DNA of 64,000 nucleotides from Diadema antillarum. Lineage: Eukaryota. The translations under genes and the position numbers were made by a program. The stretch spans positions 2,914,001-2,978,000 of the forward strand of contig NW_027270903.1 in assembly GCF_040938485.1 (NCBI RefSeq), given 5' to 3'. Of the stretch, positions 37,050 through 50,200 are shown piece by piece. Within the stretch, counting starts at the first letter, position 1; every line of letters starts with the position of its first letter. The notes beneath the pieces are model-generated. The model made no database searches. It was not told the DNA's origin and worked only from the letters and a program-made list of their open reading frames with translations.

Positions 37050-37512
37050 TGTATAGTTTCAAGCAATGGATATTTTATCTTTCTACATGTATTTTTTTTT
37101 TCATTTACTTTTGTCTGTTTTGTTGTTGTTGGTATTGCACAGCACTGTGTGAACCTACACTGCATTTGCAATACAATGTATTGCAATTAGTGTACTTTCT
37201 ACTGGTTACCGTTTCACTCTGGTTCTTGCTCCTTGTTTTTGTATATTTTGGTTACATGATTTATTTGACCTCGCATTTTGATCATTCCCTACCACTGTTT
37301 TCTTTATTTGTGTATCAGTTTTTACTTATGTAGATATCACATCTTATTTGTTTGTACATGTTCAATTACTTTCTCTTTTTGTTGCTGTTGTATCATGTGA
37401 TTTTTATTTGCAATATTTGCTATTTGTAACAGGGCTCACTTGAAAAACAGGCCCTTGGGCCCTGAACATGACAACCCTGTTCACTTTTTTAATAAGACTG
37501 AATAAATAAATA
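37050..37512 (+). mobile_element. LINE (CR1/L2-like) 3' UTR remnant
   Basis: T-rich tract ending TGTAACAGGGCTCACTTGAAAAACAGGCCCTTGGGCCCTGAA..ACCCTGT..AATAAATAAA, i.e. a terminal stem-loop plus A-rich repeat tail; recognised by pattern only. Confidence 0.5.
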
Positions 37513-38636
37513 CACAAATATAAATATTTAAATTTAAATTAGGTATAATGAATGCGAGTATGAAGGTTTTGTTAATGACACAGTTACTATACATGCAATT
37601 TGAATAATGTTGTGTATGAATAGTGATTGAAATCAGTAAAAAATAATGAGGTGTACTGTATTGTGAAAATGCAGACACAAGGTTACACATCACTTGTTTG
37701 TGCAGTAATCCATCAGAGCGAAATAACTACTGCTTTAATCTGAAAATATTGTATGTTGTTCTGTACATTTAGATAAGCCCAATTATGATAACAATCTATT
37801 GGTAGTAGTAGTACCAATAAGTATCATATGAATGAATTTCCCCTAATCACAGCCAAACAGAACACAACGAATTGCACTCTAAGAGAATAGATACATTGTA
37901 TACTGAAATGAATTCACCAGTCATGCTGCTATCATCATTGTTAATGTAAAATAGGTGACTTTATTTTCCCACATCAACAATAAAATGTATCACAAGCAGT
38001 ACTGAAAAATTCTGTAACTGATGTTAATTATCAGATTCACCAGATTAAATTCCATATTTGCACTGTACTGTAAGGAATAAAGAAAAAAACTCCATCTTCT
38101 GTTGCAGATATGATACATGTACACTAAAATATTTCAGTGCACATCGATATCAGATAAAAAATGAACAACTAAACAAACAAACAAATGGACAGTAGGCCCT
38201 ATGCCTATTGAAGCTTGGTCTACTGTCTCTGAACTGATGAATGTGTGGCCTCATATTATGGTCTCATTTCTCTCCTCGGGGATAAGAAGATAAGGCATAG
38301 ATCAAATCATCTGCAGAACAACTGTAGTATCCCATACTTGGGACATCTTTTTTTTTTTCTTTTTAAGACCCCCGGAAACATCAAAACAAAATAAAATCAC
38401 ACACACACACACAGAAACCATCAATCCAAAATTAAGATGAAAACCTGAATCTATTGTTCACTGGAGTGCATCTGTTCAATGCCGTTTAAAAGCTGGAAAA
38501 TTAGCAGCTTGCTCATGGCAATCTATAACTCATCAGAGTCTTTACCAATAGTGATTTCATACAGATATTGAAAAAAATGGAAAAAGGGCATTAGTAGTAT
38601 CTACACTTTTGGGATATGCAATTATCTATCAAGACC

Positions 38637-39411
38637 TTAACCCTTTGAACCCGAAAGGCCGGAAAACCGGCCGCGCGCAGAACGTGCAAATACCCTAAAG
38701 GCCGGTATACCGGCCAGAAATCATGTGACTTTGATAACTCGAGTTTTAACTGTCAGGTGACCCCCTAAATATGACGCCATCTCACTACAACGATGTGGAG
38801 AGATTCTTCGGTCTATACTTTCGTTGATTACGGTTTGGATTAGCAAGTTTTGGGCTATAAAAATGGCAAAAAGATGCTATTCTGCAGAGGAGGCTCATGT
38901 GATAATCTTAGGCGAATCATCTGGTGATTATGAGGAAGCTATTGACAAGTCATATTATAGTCAAAGCAGTGATTTTGAAGATGAAACGGACACAGATGAT
39001 GAGCTAGATGCTGCACAAGGTAATTTACAATCTCAGCCGGGTACCAGCGGGGGAAATAGCAGCTGGGATGCCATTAGAGCTCGAGCTGGAGGTGATCATA
39101 TTGGTGATCGTCGAAGTCAAGGGGCGTGGCACAGTCAGGGAGTGAGGGTATTGTTTTTATAGCTAACATTACTATTGTTGATTATCATAATAATTATAAT
39201 CATTATTGTCATACTGAGCTATTATTGCAGCTCAAATAAAATTGGAGTAATCATAACCACACTTCACAGACCTGTGGTTATTTGTTTTTGTTGTATTTTT
39301 TGTATGTATTACCAATGTATTCAGTCATTTAGCAAAATATGCTCAATATGCACAAATAATGCAGGGTGAGGGTCATGACCATCTCAAATAATGCGGGGTT
39401 CAAAGGGTTAA
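38637..39411 (+). mobile_element. Internally deleted piggyBac-like element retaining the transposase N-terminus
   Basis: TTAA-CCCTTTGAACCC ... GGGTTCAAAGGG-TTAA; internal ORF MAKRCYSAEEAHVIILGESSGDYEE..SSDFEDETDTDDELD has the acidic N-terminal character of piggyBac transposases. Confidence 0.8.
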
Positions 39412-39532
39412 TCACTGTAAGATGAATTCACATTCACAATTAAATGGCAGTATAAAAGGCAGTCACAATGTACACAGTCAAATTCTGATATGATGACCAT
39501 AGACTCACTGAGAAGCATTACTCTGTGTCATG

Positions 39533-39703
39533 TACAGTCAACCTCTTAAGTCGACCTCGCACCGGTCATATGATCGCCTGAAAGTCGAAGGTCTTTTCAG
39601 GTCCTCTTCTCTTTATACTCTCTTGAGCTTAATCCCTCTTAAGTCATATTTTCTCTATTTTTCTTCAGTCCAAATAAATTTGACTCAGGCAAGGTTGACT
39701 GTA
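39533..39703 (-). mobile_element. Family B MITE copy (reverse)
   Basis: TACAGTCAACCTC ... GCAAGGTTGACTGTA. Confidence 0.75.
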
Positions 39704-39711
39704 TTCGCTAG

Positions 39712-39962
39712 TTTCCCTCATTTTCTATACTTTTCTTAGTTTGTTTCACCTCTAAGCATCTTGTCATAAGCAAATAAGTATTATATACTTTCATATATTA
39801 GTTCCCCTCACTTTCTATACTTTTCTTAGTGTCTTTCACCTCTTAGCATCTTGTTATAAGCAAATAAGTATTAAATACTTTCATATATTTGTTTCTCTCA
39901 CTCTCTATACTTTCCTTAGTTTCACCCACCCCTTAGCATATAGTCATAAGCAAATAAGTATT
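39712..39962. repeat. Tandem repeat, ~89-90 bp x ~3
   Basis: CTATACTTTTCTTAGT..AGCATCTTGTCATAAGCAAATAAGTATT recurs at ~39712, 39801, 39891. Confidence 0.85.
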
Positions 39963-40595
39963 ACATCAAATTCATTGACGGTGACGGCGACCGACTGGCT
40001 ATCAAATTCTAAAAGGCTTTCTTTAAATTCATTCACGTGACCCAATTGTCATCCACTTGACATGAAACATAGGTACAAACGTTAAATTGCCTTTAATACT
40101 GAAAAATAAACATTGCATGTATCAGATATATGTTGCTAGAATTAGAAAGACTATGCTCATATGTTGTTGTTTTTTTGTCTCCATAATATGCAATGTTCAT
40201 GGTGTCTGCTGTTTTCCCCTTTAACCAAGATCAATGCAGTCTTACATCTATGATTGCTAAATGTTGTTCCAAACACTTTTTGATACAGTAGTTTGATTTC
40301 ACACACGTTAAGCATTCATTGAATGCGAGCTGGCACTGCATTAGATTAACCTTCAATGGCATATGAATATAAGCTTCTGCACAATTATTGATTACTCTTG
40401 TCATTATTATTTTATTGTTGTTGAGCCAATTTCAATTTCACTTGTTCATGATTTTGTGGACGGAAGTACTTTAAAACATAAAGTAATATTTCTAAAATGT
40501 ATTCACATTATCATTTTTGTGATAGATCAGTGAAGCATGTATAGGCTGTAACAAGTTGAAGAAAGACTAAAAAGAAAATTGAAGTGTGCTTCAAA

Positions 40596-41015
40596 GGGTG
40601 CGTTCGAGCACTCTAAAGCGAACCAAAGTGAACTGAACCAAAGCATACCGTACCGAACTGTGCCACATTTGAAGCGTTTGAGAGCTCTGTTGAGAAAGCA
40701 TACCTCCCCGAGTTATTTTTAGAAAAGGTCATGCATTTTTGTAGCAAGAGGGTCATTCACCTGGTGCTTGAACTACTTACAGCTGTCCAAAACAAAGAGA
40801 ATTATGTCTTTGCATTGTGATGTATGTGCATGATATGCGCATTCTCACATGCAAACTTTTGGTACGCTTTTGGTACCCTTTTGGAGCACATCTGGAAGTG
40901 TTCCACTTTTGGCTTGGTTCAGTACGGTGCGGTACACTTTATCAGTGTTCGAGCGCTCCTCTGGCATAGGTTCGGTACGGTACGTTTCTCTTTAGGAGAG
41001 CGCTCAAACGCACCC
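40596..41015. mobile_element. PIF/Harbinger-like MITE
   Basis: GGGTGCGTTCGAGCACTC ... GAGCGCTCAAACGCACCC with a 3-bp AAA duplication. Confidence 0.75.
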
Positions 41016-41225
41016 AAAGTCTTTTCTCAGGATGGGTTGTCATATGATCAAAATGTGAGGGGGAAGAGAGGAAGGGCTTCAAAGAGATATGTGCTAGACG
41101 TGGGTCCATCACCCAATGAGGAAAAAAGTGGCAATAGCAGTGGCACATGAAGAAGTGAGTTCTCCACAGAAGACATGATGAGAAAATGGGACGGTGTGTG
41201 ATATTCATTCAAGTTACTAGGTTCC

Positions 41226-41436
41226 CATACTTGCCAACCTTAAAAACTAAGAAATAGGAACAATTTGGAGTACTATCTTGAGAAACGGGGACATTCTTGC
41301 ATTTCCTATACATTACTACATACAGAATTTGAAAAAAAAATTGTAAAAAAAATTAATTAAAAAGTCAAAAGATGGCACTTTCCATTGCCAAAAAATAGGG
41401 AATGTCCACATCAAATAAGGACAGTTGGCAAATATG
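41226..41436. mobile_element. 211-bp TIR element with apparent 6-bp TSD
   Basis: CATACTTGCCAAC ... GTTGGCAAATATG, flanked by GGTTCC at 41220-41225 and 41437-41442. Confidence 0.7.
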
Positions 41437-42163
41437 GGTTCCTACCAGAAAATTCTGTCTTTCTCCAACGAAGCATGACACAGTCAAACCTGCCTTAAGG
41501 ACCACCTGTCCATAGCAGCCATTCTGCAGTTTGCAGCCACTATAAAATTCCTGATGGAAAAAAATGTCATGTTCAAGACCATGTGCACAGTGACCACCTG
41601 TCTAAAGGTGGCCAGTGGTCACCAATTGTGCATGGCTGCAGTAGATTATCAACTCTCTGTAAAAGCCACAGACATATTAGGAGCTGCAGCTGAGCTAACA
41701 ATTTATGGATGGCAAACAGTTTAATGACCCCCATCGCTTATTCGTTCGGCATTCAGGCACAGTAATGCATGGGTAAAAAGCTAGCTTGCTCTGCGCACGC
41801 TAGTGTATAATAATAAAATCAATAGTGCTACTATTCAAAGCACTACAAGATATTAACTTATTCATACAGATACATATGATTACTTTATACTAATATACAT
41901 GTACTATGTACCAGTATCAAAAGTACTTAAAAATGTATAGCAACAATAATACATGTAAATGTATGTGGTACGCATAAAATGTGTGAGAACCTGTGTATAG
42001 TGGCCACGCGTCTGTAAAGGCCACTCTTTTTTGTCTCCCTGGGGTGGCTGCAATAGACAGGTTTGATTGTATCATGCAGACATCGGTCCACATTGCCCTT
42101 GCCTAGTACCTCCTTGATTGATCTACTCTGTTGTGCATACACATGATACGATATAATGAAATA

Positions 42164-42407
42164 TACTGTATACGCCATATATTTCACGAGTGTAAATTTT
42201 CGCAAATCAGGACTTCCCAACGATTTCGCGAGAGATTAAATTTGCGATGGTGGAGTGCTGTACTAAACGGAGAAGTGTACACACATACGTCACATTCACA
42301 TCGGGATCAGAGTCAATATTTTCGCGTGCCTTTAATTTCGCGAATAGCACCTGACTCACAAAATTTGCAAAAATAAAAACCTCGTGAAATATTCAGCGTA
42401 TACAGTA
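42164..42407 (+). mobile_element. Family D MITE in the proximal MAT2B 3' UTR
   Basis: TACTGTATACGCCATATA ... TATTCAGCGTATACAGTA, 65 nt downstream of the MAT2B stop. Confidence 0.75.
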
Positions 42408-42471
42408 TCAGATTTCCGTGGACAAAGCAACCATAGAAATCATAAATTTAGGCCTGATCACAATATCAGGA

Positions 42472-45400
42472 TTATGTCTTCATGAACGGAGCCAGGGCTT
42501 CCTTCATCCCTTCCCTGAAGGAGGTGGTCTGACCGATGCCCAGCTCTTCCAGCTTTGTGCGGTCCATCGTGCAGTCCTTCGGTCTGAGGGTCCCACCGGT
42601 TGGCTGGACCGGGTTCGGCCGGAGGTGCTCGTGGGGGAGCTGGAAGAGGTCGGCAATGGTGGTCGCCATGGCGTACTTGGTCATGAGCTCCCCACCACAC
42701 CAGTGGAAGATCTGGGTGACTGATGCAGGATCCTGTGGGAAGATGATTAAAAAAAGCACACCATCACCGAGATGTACTGTAAAACGAGGAATGTTTGAGT
42801 GCATTTTAATTTCGTGAATTTCTTGAGCGCCACGATTCACGAAATTAAAATGCATGCGAAATTTCTTGTATACACTATCTTGTATACACTATATGCACTG
42901 AATGGTAGTGGCAATGCACAAAATTTCATGCTGCAAAGAAGGCTGTCAGCTCCAATTTGTAAAAATTTCATGCTGCGAATATATTCTGTTTTACAATACT
43001 TGTCAAACAGGTCAGCACTACCAGATGTTCAAATAATTATAAAATAATATGTTGGCTTGTTGCAGTTTGCTGCTGGCATTTGGTTGATCAGCAAGGCAAA
43101 CGCCAAGCTATGTCTCACCTGCCTGCGTATCGCAAAAGTGATTATAGTGTTTTTCAATGTAAGTTCATTGACCTTTTGACCTTTGAACTTCTTGGACTTC
43201 ACCATAATCATTATAGAACTTGACTGGCATTTAACTTCTAGGTTATGTACCTGTGTTGTGAGTTTGGTGGTCATAGCTCAAATCTGTTGAAAAATTATTG
43301 AGCGTACACCAAAATACTGTGAGTACAGTACTTATCAGAGAAATTTCATTAACATTTTGACCTTTGACCTTGTCGGACTGCACCCATATAATCAAAATTA
43401 ACCTGCACTTTAAGGTTATGTACCTGTGGTGTAAGTTTGGTGGTCAAAGCTCATAGTTGTGGAAATTCAAAGAGAGCATACCAAATTGTTGACAATGCCG
43501 ACAACAATGCTGCCAACTAGGACAACAGACAAGGCAATCGCCAAATTGTCTCGCCCATTCGCGTACAAGGAATTACTATTTTTTATAACTCCCAGAAGTT
43601 AATTGACCTGCTGATGACCTTTGACCTTGTGGTGACCTTCAACACCCTAAGGGACATTTACCATCCAAGTTTGGTCACAAACAGACAAAGGGATCAAAAG
43701 TAACGAGCCATAATCGAAACGCGCCATAAAAACTTAACATTGGGTCCTAAAAATTTGTTGACCCCTTTCTGTGACCTTTGACCTTTTGATGACCTTTAAC
43801 TCCCCAAGGGACATCTACCGTCCAAGTTTAGTCACAAACGGACATAGGGATCAAAAGTTATGAGCCACAATCAAAACGCGCCCTAAAAACATAACATTGG
43901 GCCCTAAAAGTTTGTTGACCCCTGTCTGTGACCTTTGACCTTGTGAAGACCTTCATCTCCCCAAGGGACATCTTCCATCCAAGTTTGGTCACAAACGGAC
44001 AAAGGGATCAAAATTTATGAGCCATACACGAAATGCGCCCTAAAAACTTAACATTGGGCCCTAAAAGTTCGTTGACCCCTGTCTGTAACCTTTGACCTTG
44101 TGGTTACCTTCAACTTCCCAAGAGACATCTACCATCACCCAAGTTTGATTGCCATTGTAGCAACATGTGCTGAGTGTGATAAGAGAGTCTTGCAAGTAAA
44201 CTTTAACGTATGACCTCAAATGACCTTTGACCTTATCCTGTGACCTCCAACGGCACCATAACATGAAGGTACCCCCAGTGCATCTATGACCCAAGTTAGG
44301 TTGTAATCCAAGCAACTTATGTGAAGTTATTTGTAAAAAGAGAGTCTTGCAGGTAAACTTTAACATAGAAAAGAGAGTCTTGCACATACTCTTTAATATA
44401 TGACCTCAAATGACCTTTGACATCATCACATGACCTCCGACAACACCATAACATGAAGATACCCCTAGTGCTTCTATCACCCAAGTGTGGCTGCCATTGG
44501 TGTAACAGTTGCCAAGTTATGCATCATAAGAGAGTCTTGCAGGTAAACTTTAACATTTGTGACCGACGACGGACGGACGACGGACGGACGCCATTTGGAT
44601 CCCTTAGTCTCGCCTTCACCTCCAGCGGGCGAGACAAAAATTGATGCCTGTGTCTTACTTCTGCTACTCAGGCAAGACAAAAATTAACCAAATCATAAAC
44701 ACTGTCTGAATTTGTCTTGACCATGGTTAGATTGTTGATTTGATCACTTTTCTTCCCAAGGAGAAGAATGGCATAAGACGATGGATGTCATCGTCAGTAC
44801 TCACCTTTTCCCATCGCTCACACATCTGTCTGCAGACCACAGCGATGTCCTGTACGTGGGTGGGGCAGCGAGTACAGACGTCATCGATCAGGTCTGTCTT
44901 GTCTTTATTCCTGATCGTCTTGACCAGTATCGTGACGGCACTCTCCTCTATCGTCTCCAGTGGTCCATAAAGGATGGGTATTCGAAGAACGGCACTATCT
45001 AATCATATTGAAAAGAATGAACAATATTCCAGACAATCTTCACTTAATGCACATTTCATCTAAAACATTTTTTTTAAGGAAATCAATATCTAACACTTGC
45101 ATGAAAAAGGACTGGACGGACAATCAAAATTGTGTAGCATATACAGCAGAAAACAAATAAATTGATCATTTTGCATAGGTAAATATCCTTCCTAATCATT
45201 CACAAGTCAAGTGACAGCTAAAGACATACATAGACACAATCATAAATGTGCACAGAGGATGTGTACACATCTACAGAGAGTTTCAAACACGTAAATAAAA
45301 GCGCTTGAGCTAACCTTCATTCGAAACTTTGGGTCATGTAGGCTCTGTTGAGTTGATCCACAAGATAAAGGGAGCATTTACTTGTCATGAAATTATATTC

Positions 45401-48127
45401 CAGGAAAATATCTGCTAAGCACATACTTCTTCATCTACTAAGAAATTTTGGCTTCTTTCCTATATATTAATGGATTTTCTGTGCTTTTTATTTGCAGGTG
45501 TGGTGGGGAGGGGGGGGGGACTCAAATGCAAACGGGAAGCACAAATACAAATCACAATAAGAAATGACTTCAGTGATTACAACAATACCCATGTACATTT
45601 CAATGTTCCGTGGAAAAGCAACATACTTTGGTTTGTGGCCCGGATGATCTTTTCCCCTTCCAGTTTCTGACGGCCATATTTGTTGAGTGGGTTGGTGGCA
45701 TCCGATGGTTTGTAAGGCGGTGATGTGCCATCAAATACATAATCCGTGCTGATAAAAATGACATAGGCGCCAAATTCAGCTGGTAAAAGGGAAAAACAAA
45801 CACAAAGACATAAAAACAAGAGCTTCAAAACATGCAATCAGCTAAAAGCAAGTAGCATTTTCCCAACATACAGTATGGTAGAACTCTAAAATACTGGTAC
45901 ATGACATGATCTATACAAACTCAGTTTCAGCATCAAGTCACTTGTCTGGATAAGGCTATATATTCCTGAGCATGGATGCTTTTGAAATTGGAATGAAACA
46001 ACATATTCTTTTTGCAAAAATGATTTGCAGCTCCAAAGGAAGAGATGCATATCTAAAGGTCAATTTTTTCAGAGAAATGTGGATGCAACATCTACGACAA
46101 ATATAAAGTCGCACATACCAAGTGACCCACTCAGGCATGTCTCAAATAACCTACCTCCTCCACACTGTCTAATAACTCCACAAAAATATGAGTAATGCTT
46201 ACTAAACATTGGCTACCCATTGGCATACACACTGGAGCGTTTTCTTTGTGGATTTCCTCAGATTTCTGGAAACTAACTGTGAATGCTTTATTCAAAAATA
46301 GATTATCTAACCCCCCCCCCCCCCCCCCATTCCCATTGTGTCATCACGGTCTTCTTGTGGACTGACGTTCCCAGCTACATCTGAGAGGACCTGCTGACTT
46401 TTAAAAAAAAAAGAAAAATGACAGCTATCAAGTCTAACAGGCAGAGAGAGAGAGAGGAACAAATGCCAATAGAGCCTTGAAATTCTTATGGTGACAGCGA
46501 CAATTAGCAATATATATTCACAATCTGTTTGCATTGACCGCTGTGTGAACATCAAATTCAGTCATAAAAAAAAAGAATAGAATGCACCTTCCAACATACC
46601 ACTTAATTTTCCAATGACTTCAGTGGCATCACAATTCACTTTCTTAGCTCTCTCTTCATTCACTTCGACGACATCTGGTCTACGTTCTACGGCTGCATGA
46701 ATGACAGCATTTGGCTGGAAAATAAAAAAAAAAGAAAAAGAATAAAAGAACAATTTGACATTAATTCTAATAATGAAATGTAACTTTTGGAAGATGGTTT
46801 ATGGGAGCGATTGGCAGAACAAAATACCTTTCTGGCTATATATATATTTGTTTGATGACGGCTTGGAAAGTTGTCATGACGATTACAAAGTTTGAAGTTG
46901 AGTAACATATTTATAGGGCATATTGGAAAAAGTACAACAATTTCTATATGTGGGATCAATGTCAATGTCATCATTTATGCAGCATATTTGTGTGGCCTTT
47001 TGTTGTTGGTCTGTTTCATCATTTTTTGTTTTTGTTTAAGCAGAAACTATTTTACTCAGAAAATATTAATTTCAGAGTGAGCCTACAGCAATGAATGAGT
47101 ACATAAGGATTATAAGCTGGAATGCAGCATTTTCCATCAAATACATTTATTGATTTTTTTTTTAGCTAAAGGTTGAAAACACCACTTTTCATTTGGAGCA
47201 CAATCAAAGTCTTGAGGTCGGGGTGTAGTTTTTTTTTTCATTCTCTGAGATCAAAAGGCATGGTAAAAAGTAGGATACACGGTATATTACTGAATATGGA
47301 ATTTGACCACCAAATCTGATAGCACCTTATCTCAAAACAAACAAGCTTGATGATGACCTTCCCTCTGGCTCTTGGTCATAAAGATTCTCATCAAAGTCCA
47401 CTTGGGTCAGTTCTGTATGTATTCTTGATAAGTTATAGAAATTAGTTTGGCTATACTTCTAGTGTGGGGAGGAACTCATTGAAAATCCTGAGCTTTAAAT
47501 GGATTTAATGTTGTTTTTCTTCTGATTTTTCACTACATTGTTGTAAGCAAAAACATAGATTCAAAGTGTGTGCGTGCAAGTGTGTGAGAGAGAGGGGGGG
47601 GGGGGGGACATTAAGAAACGATTCTTGATATCAAAACACTGATCTACTATTCTACTCAGCTTCCTGAAAAGGCTAGGATATGATAGATACCATTACTTTA
47701 AAGGGAAGCTCCTGATGTACACTTGTATTCATGTAGAGTGCAATGTACAGCTACAACATGATTTATACTGAATACTGTAGTGCATTTACTTCATATATTT
47801 GCGATGGATAGCTGTATGATCTTTTATTTTAATACTGCCCCATCTTCAACAATTTTCCACATACAATGTGTACATTTACATGCAGTTTACACAAATTACT
47901 GTAGCTCAAAATGTATTCCTATCATCACTGTTCTATGGTGGTCCTGTTACCTTGAATTCCTGCATGACGGCCCGAACCTCCTCTTCGCTTCTAATGTCCA
48001 CTTTCCGGAGACCATCCTTGGCCCGAGAGAAGGCCAGTCCAAGAGGCTCGGTGGTTGGACATGCCTGCAGCTCTTTCATGAGGGCACGCCCCAGAAGACC
48101 AGATGCACCTGTTACCAGAATCCTCAT
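42472..48127 (-). CDS. MAT2B: Methionine adenosyltransferase II beta (RmlD-like NADP-binding SDR fold), 299 aa; exons 48127-47951, 46714-46600, 45779-45627, 44998-44805, 42732-42472
   Basis: MRILVTGASGLLGRAL (GxxGxxG) .. PNAVIHAAVERRPDVVE .. YVIFISTDYVFDGTSPPY..PLNKYGRQKLEGE (YxxxK) .. SAVLRIPILYG..RCPTHVQDIA .. IFHWCGGELMTKYAMA..RPKDCTMDRTKLEELGIGQTTSFREGMKEALAPF. GT-AG; 900 nt. Confidence 0.93.
42775..42998 (+). mobile_element. Family A MITE copy
   Basis: TACTGTAAAACGAGG ... TTCTGTTTTACAATA. Confidence 0.75.
43528..44640 (+). mobile_element. HINE/pearl-like element with ~3 x 157-bp cores plus a second subrepeat
   Basis: Subterminal IR TTGTCTCGCCC / GGGCGAGACAA; AACATTGGG at 43736, 43893, 44050; (GACG)n ~44564-44590; 3' stem-loop GTCTCGCC..GGGCGAGAC. 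Confidence 0.8.
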
Positions 48128-48852
48128 GGCTTCACATGAAAACTTAATTTACACACATACACATAGAAGAAAGGAGAAAGAAACAAAAAAGGCCTGGAAG
48201 TGTTTTGCTTAGGAACAGGCTGGCCCGGTAGCATTTTATAGTGTCACTATAAACTGTTCATTTACTGGTTCTTACTTTTCTACCATATGTATGCAGACCC
48301 ATAACTAGGATTTTTATGGGGGGAGGGTTCATAAAAAGAAAAAAGTGGACCTTTTTAGTTCAAATTTAAGATCAAGACAATTTAAAAATCACTTGTGATC
48401 ACTAATATTCTTAGCCTATATATAATATGGGTACAGGGCACCTACTAAAATCAACTTAATATAAAAGAGTCATTATTCTATTAAGGTGACAATGATGGCT
48501 ACCTCTGAGGCTGAGTTCTTATACACTGAGCGTGACATAAGAATGGAGAAAAAAACAAAAGATGAGGTTGAAAGCACCTGCACAACTGACAAAATCGATT
48601 TGCTTCGGGTTTGGCTCAGTGCATTTCTAATTAAACATACATTATACAGCACTTCACGCCATCATGGGAAACAATGATTAAGAGATTTTTATGAAGTTTG
48701 TAATTTGTAGAGTTGTACACAATTTGTGCATGACATGCATGACATGACTTGATGAAGACCTTTCCACGCGGGTAGCTACATTTGTAGGGATTAGATCTCT
48801 TGAATTGCCCTCTAGTAAACTCTACTCTTTGAATTCGACTTTGTCTTTGACT

Positions 48853-49063
48853 TACTGTAAAACATGATATATTCGCGGCATGAATTTTTCGCGAATTGGA
48901 GCCAACGGCCTTTTTTGCGGCATGAAATTTTCGCAAACTGCCACTGGCATTCAATGCATATACTGTAGACAAGAACTTTCACGTGCATTTTAATTTCGCG
49001 AATCTTGGCGCTCGCGAAATTCGCGAAATTAAAATGCACGCGAAAATTCCTCGTTTTACAGTA
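48853..49063 (-). mobile_element. Family A MITE copy (reverse)
   Basis: TACTGTAAAACATG ... CCTCGTTTTACAGTA; reverse complement of 42775-42998. Confidence 0.8.
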
Positions 49064-50079
49064 CTGGGCACAATAATAATCTCAAAGAACATTGCTTATA
49101 AATCCTTTCTGAAAGTCTGCGGGTAGCATTTTGGTTCATGCTATGTAGCTGTGCATGCTGTGTTGTGTGTATCTGGCTCCCTCGTCCACTACGGACATCA
49201 ATAAACCCCCCAGAAGGAAAAAACAAAAACAAAGAAAGAACATGTATGTAAAATGTAGGTCTACATACCTATTGACACATGTAAATTTAGCCCACATCAT
49301 GTGATATCAATTGTCACCCACATCATGTGACGTACGTCAACTGAAGTGCATGATGAACTAAACAATTGCAATAATTTTAATTCACAATAAAATTACCACT
49401 GTAGAATTCTACCAGTTAAGCTACGAGTATGAGGTCCATGACATCCATGTCACAAATTAAATATGTTGCATTGTTGGCAGCTTGCAGTGACCTCTCATGC
49501 TCTAGCAAGCCAAATGTCTTCTCTAAATGTTCTCCCTGCACTGGCCTGCTGACCCTGAATTACAAATTGCAAATACAACTTAAATTCATAGACTCTAGTA
49601 AATTACAACTTTCAAGTTTATCAGTCATCAATTCTACAAAGTACAATTTCTAGAACCCTAGACAATCTAGAGTAGAGATCTCTACACTAAAGTAAACTAG
49701 ACTGGACAGTTCAGTTGCCATGATGATGGTGGGTGCGGATGCCCATTCATTTGTAAATCAGTCTGTAAATTAGTATATTTTACTTCCAAAATTTTATGAA
49801 GTCTGAATCGGAAGAGAAGTAAACTTAAACTTGTGACCAATAATGTCTCACCTTTTTTGACAACGCGGTGACAGAACTCAGAAGCTTTAATTGGCTTGAA
49901 CCTGTCCTCAGGATGGAATCTATTAAAGTTTATGTTTGCCTTTTTATAACGAGAGGAAATCAGGTCTGAATCCTGGTTCTCTTGCACTGTTGAAGCATGG
50001 TCACACACAATTAGCAATTGATCCTTCTTGGACGGATTGCTTAGTATGCCCGGAAAGGCCAAAGTACTGGCTACTCTAG

Positions 50080-50200
50080 CTACTCACTAAACACCTACGA
50101 AGGCGAAGCGGTCATTGTGGCGGCGACCGAAGAAAAATAACTGCGGGATATCGGAGACGAGCGCGCGTGCGGGAGCGCGCGTGAGTGTACAGATCAAATT
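50080..50200 (-). promoter_or_regulatory. Probable MAT2B first exon / promoter with a uORF
   Basis: CpG-rich (GAGCGCGCGTGCGGGAGCGCGC); GCCGCCACAATG at 50124-50113; donor GTGAGT at 50087-50082. Confidence 0.45.

Noticed and set aside
49697-50062. 121-aa minus-strand ORF as a MAT2B N-terminal extension (its GTGAGA donor near 49851 would be in frame)
   Set aside because: Starts at TTG with no ATG, is out of frame with the Kozak ATG at 50115, and does not resemble MAT2B N-termini.
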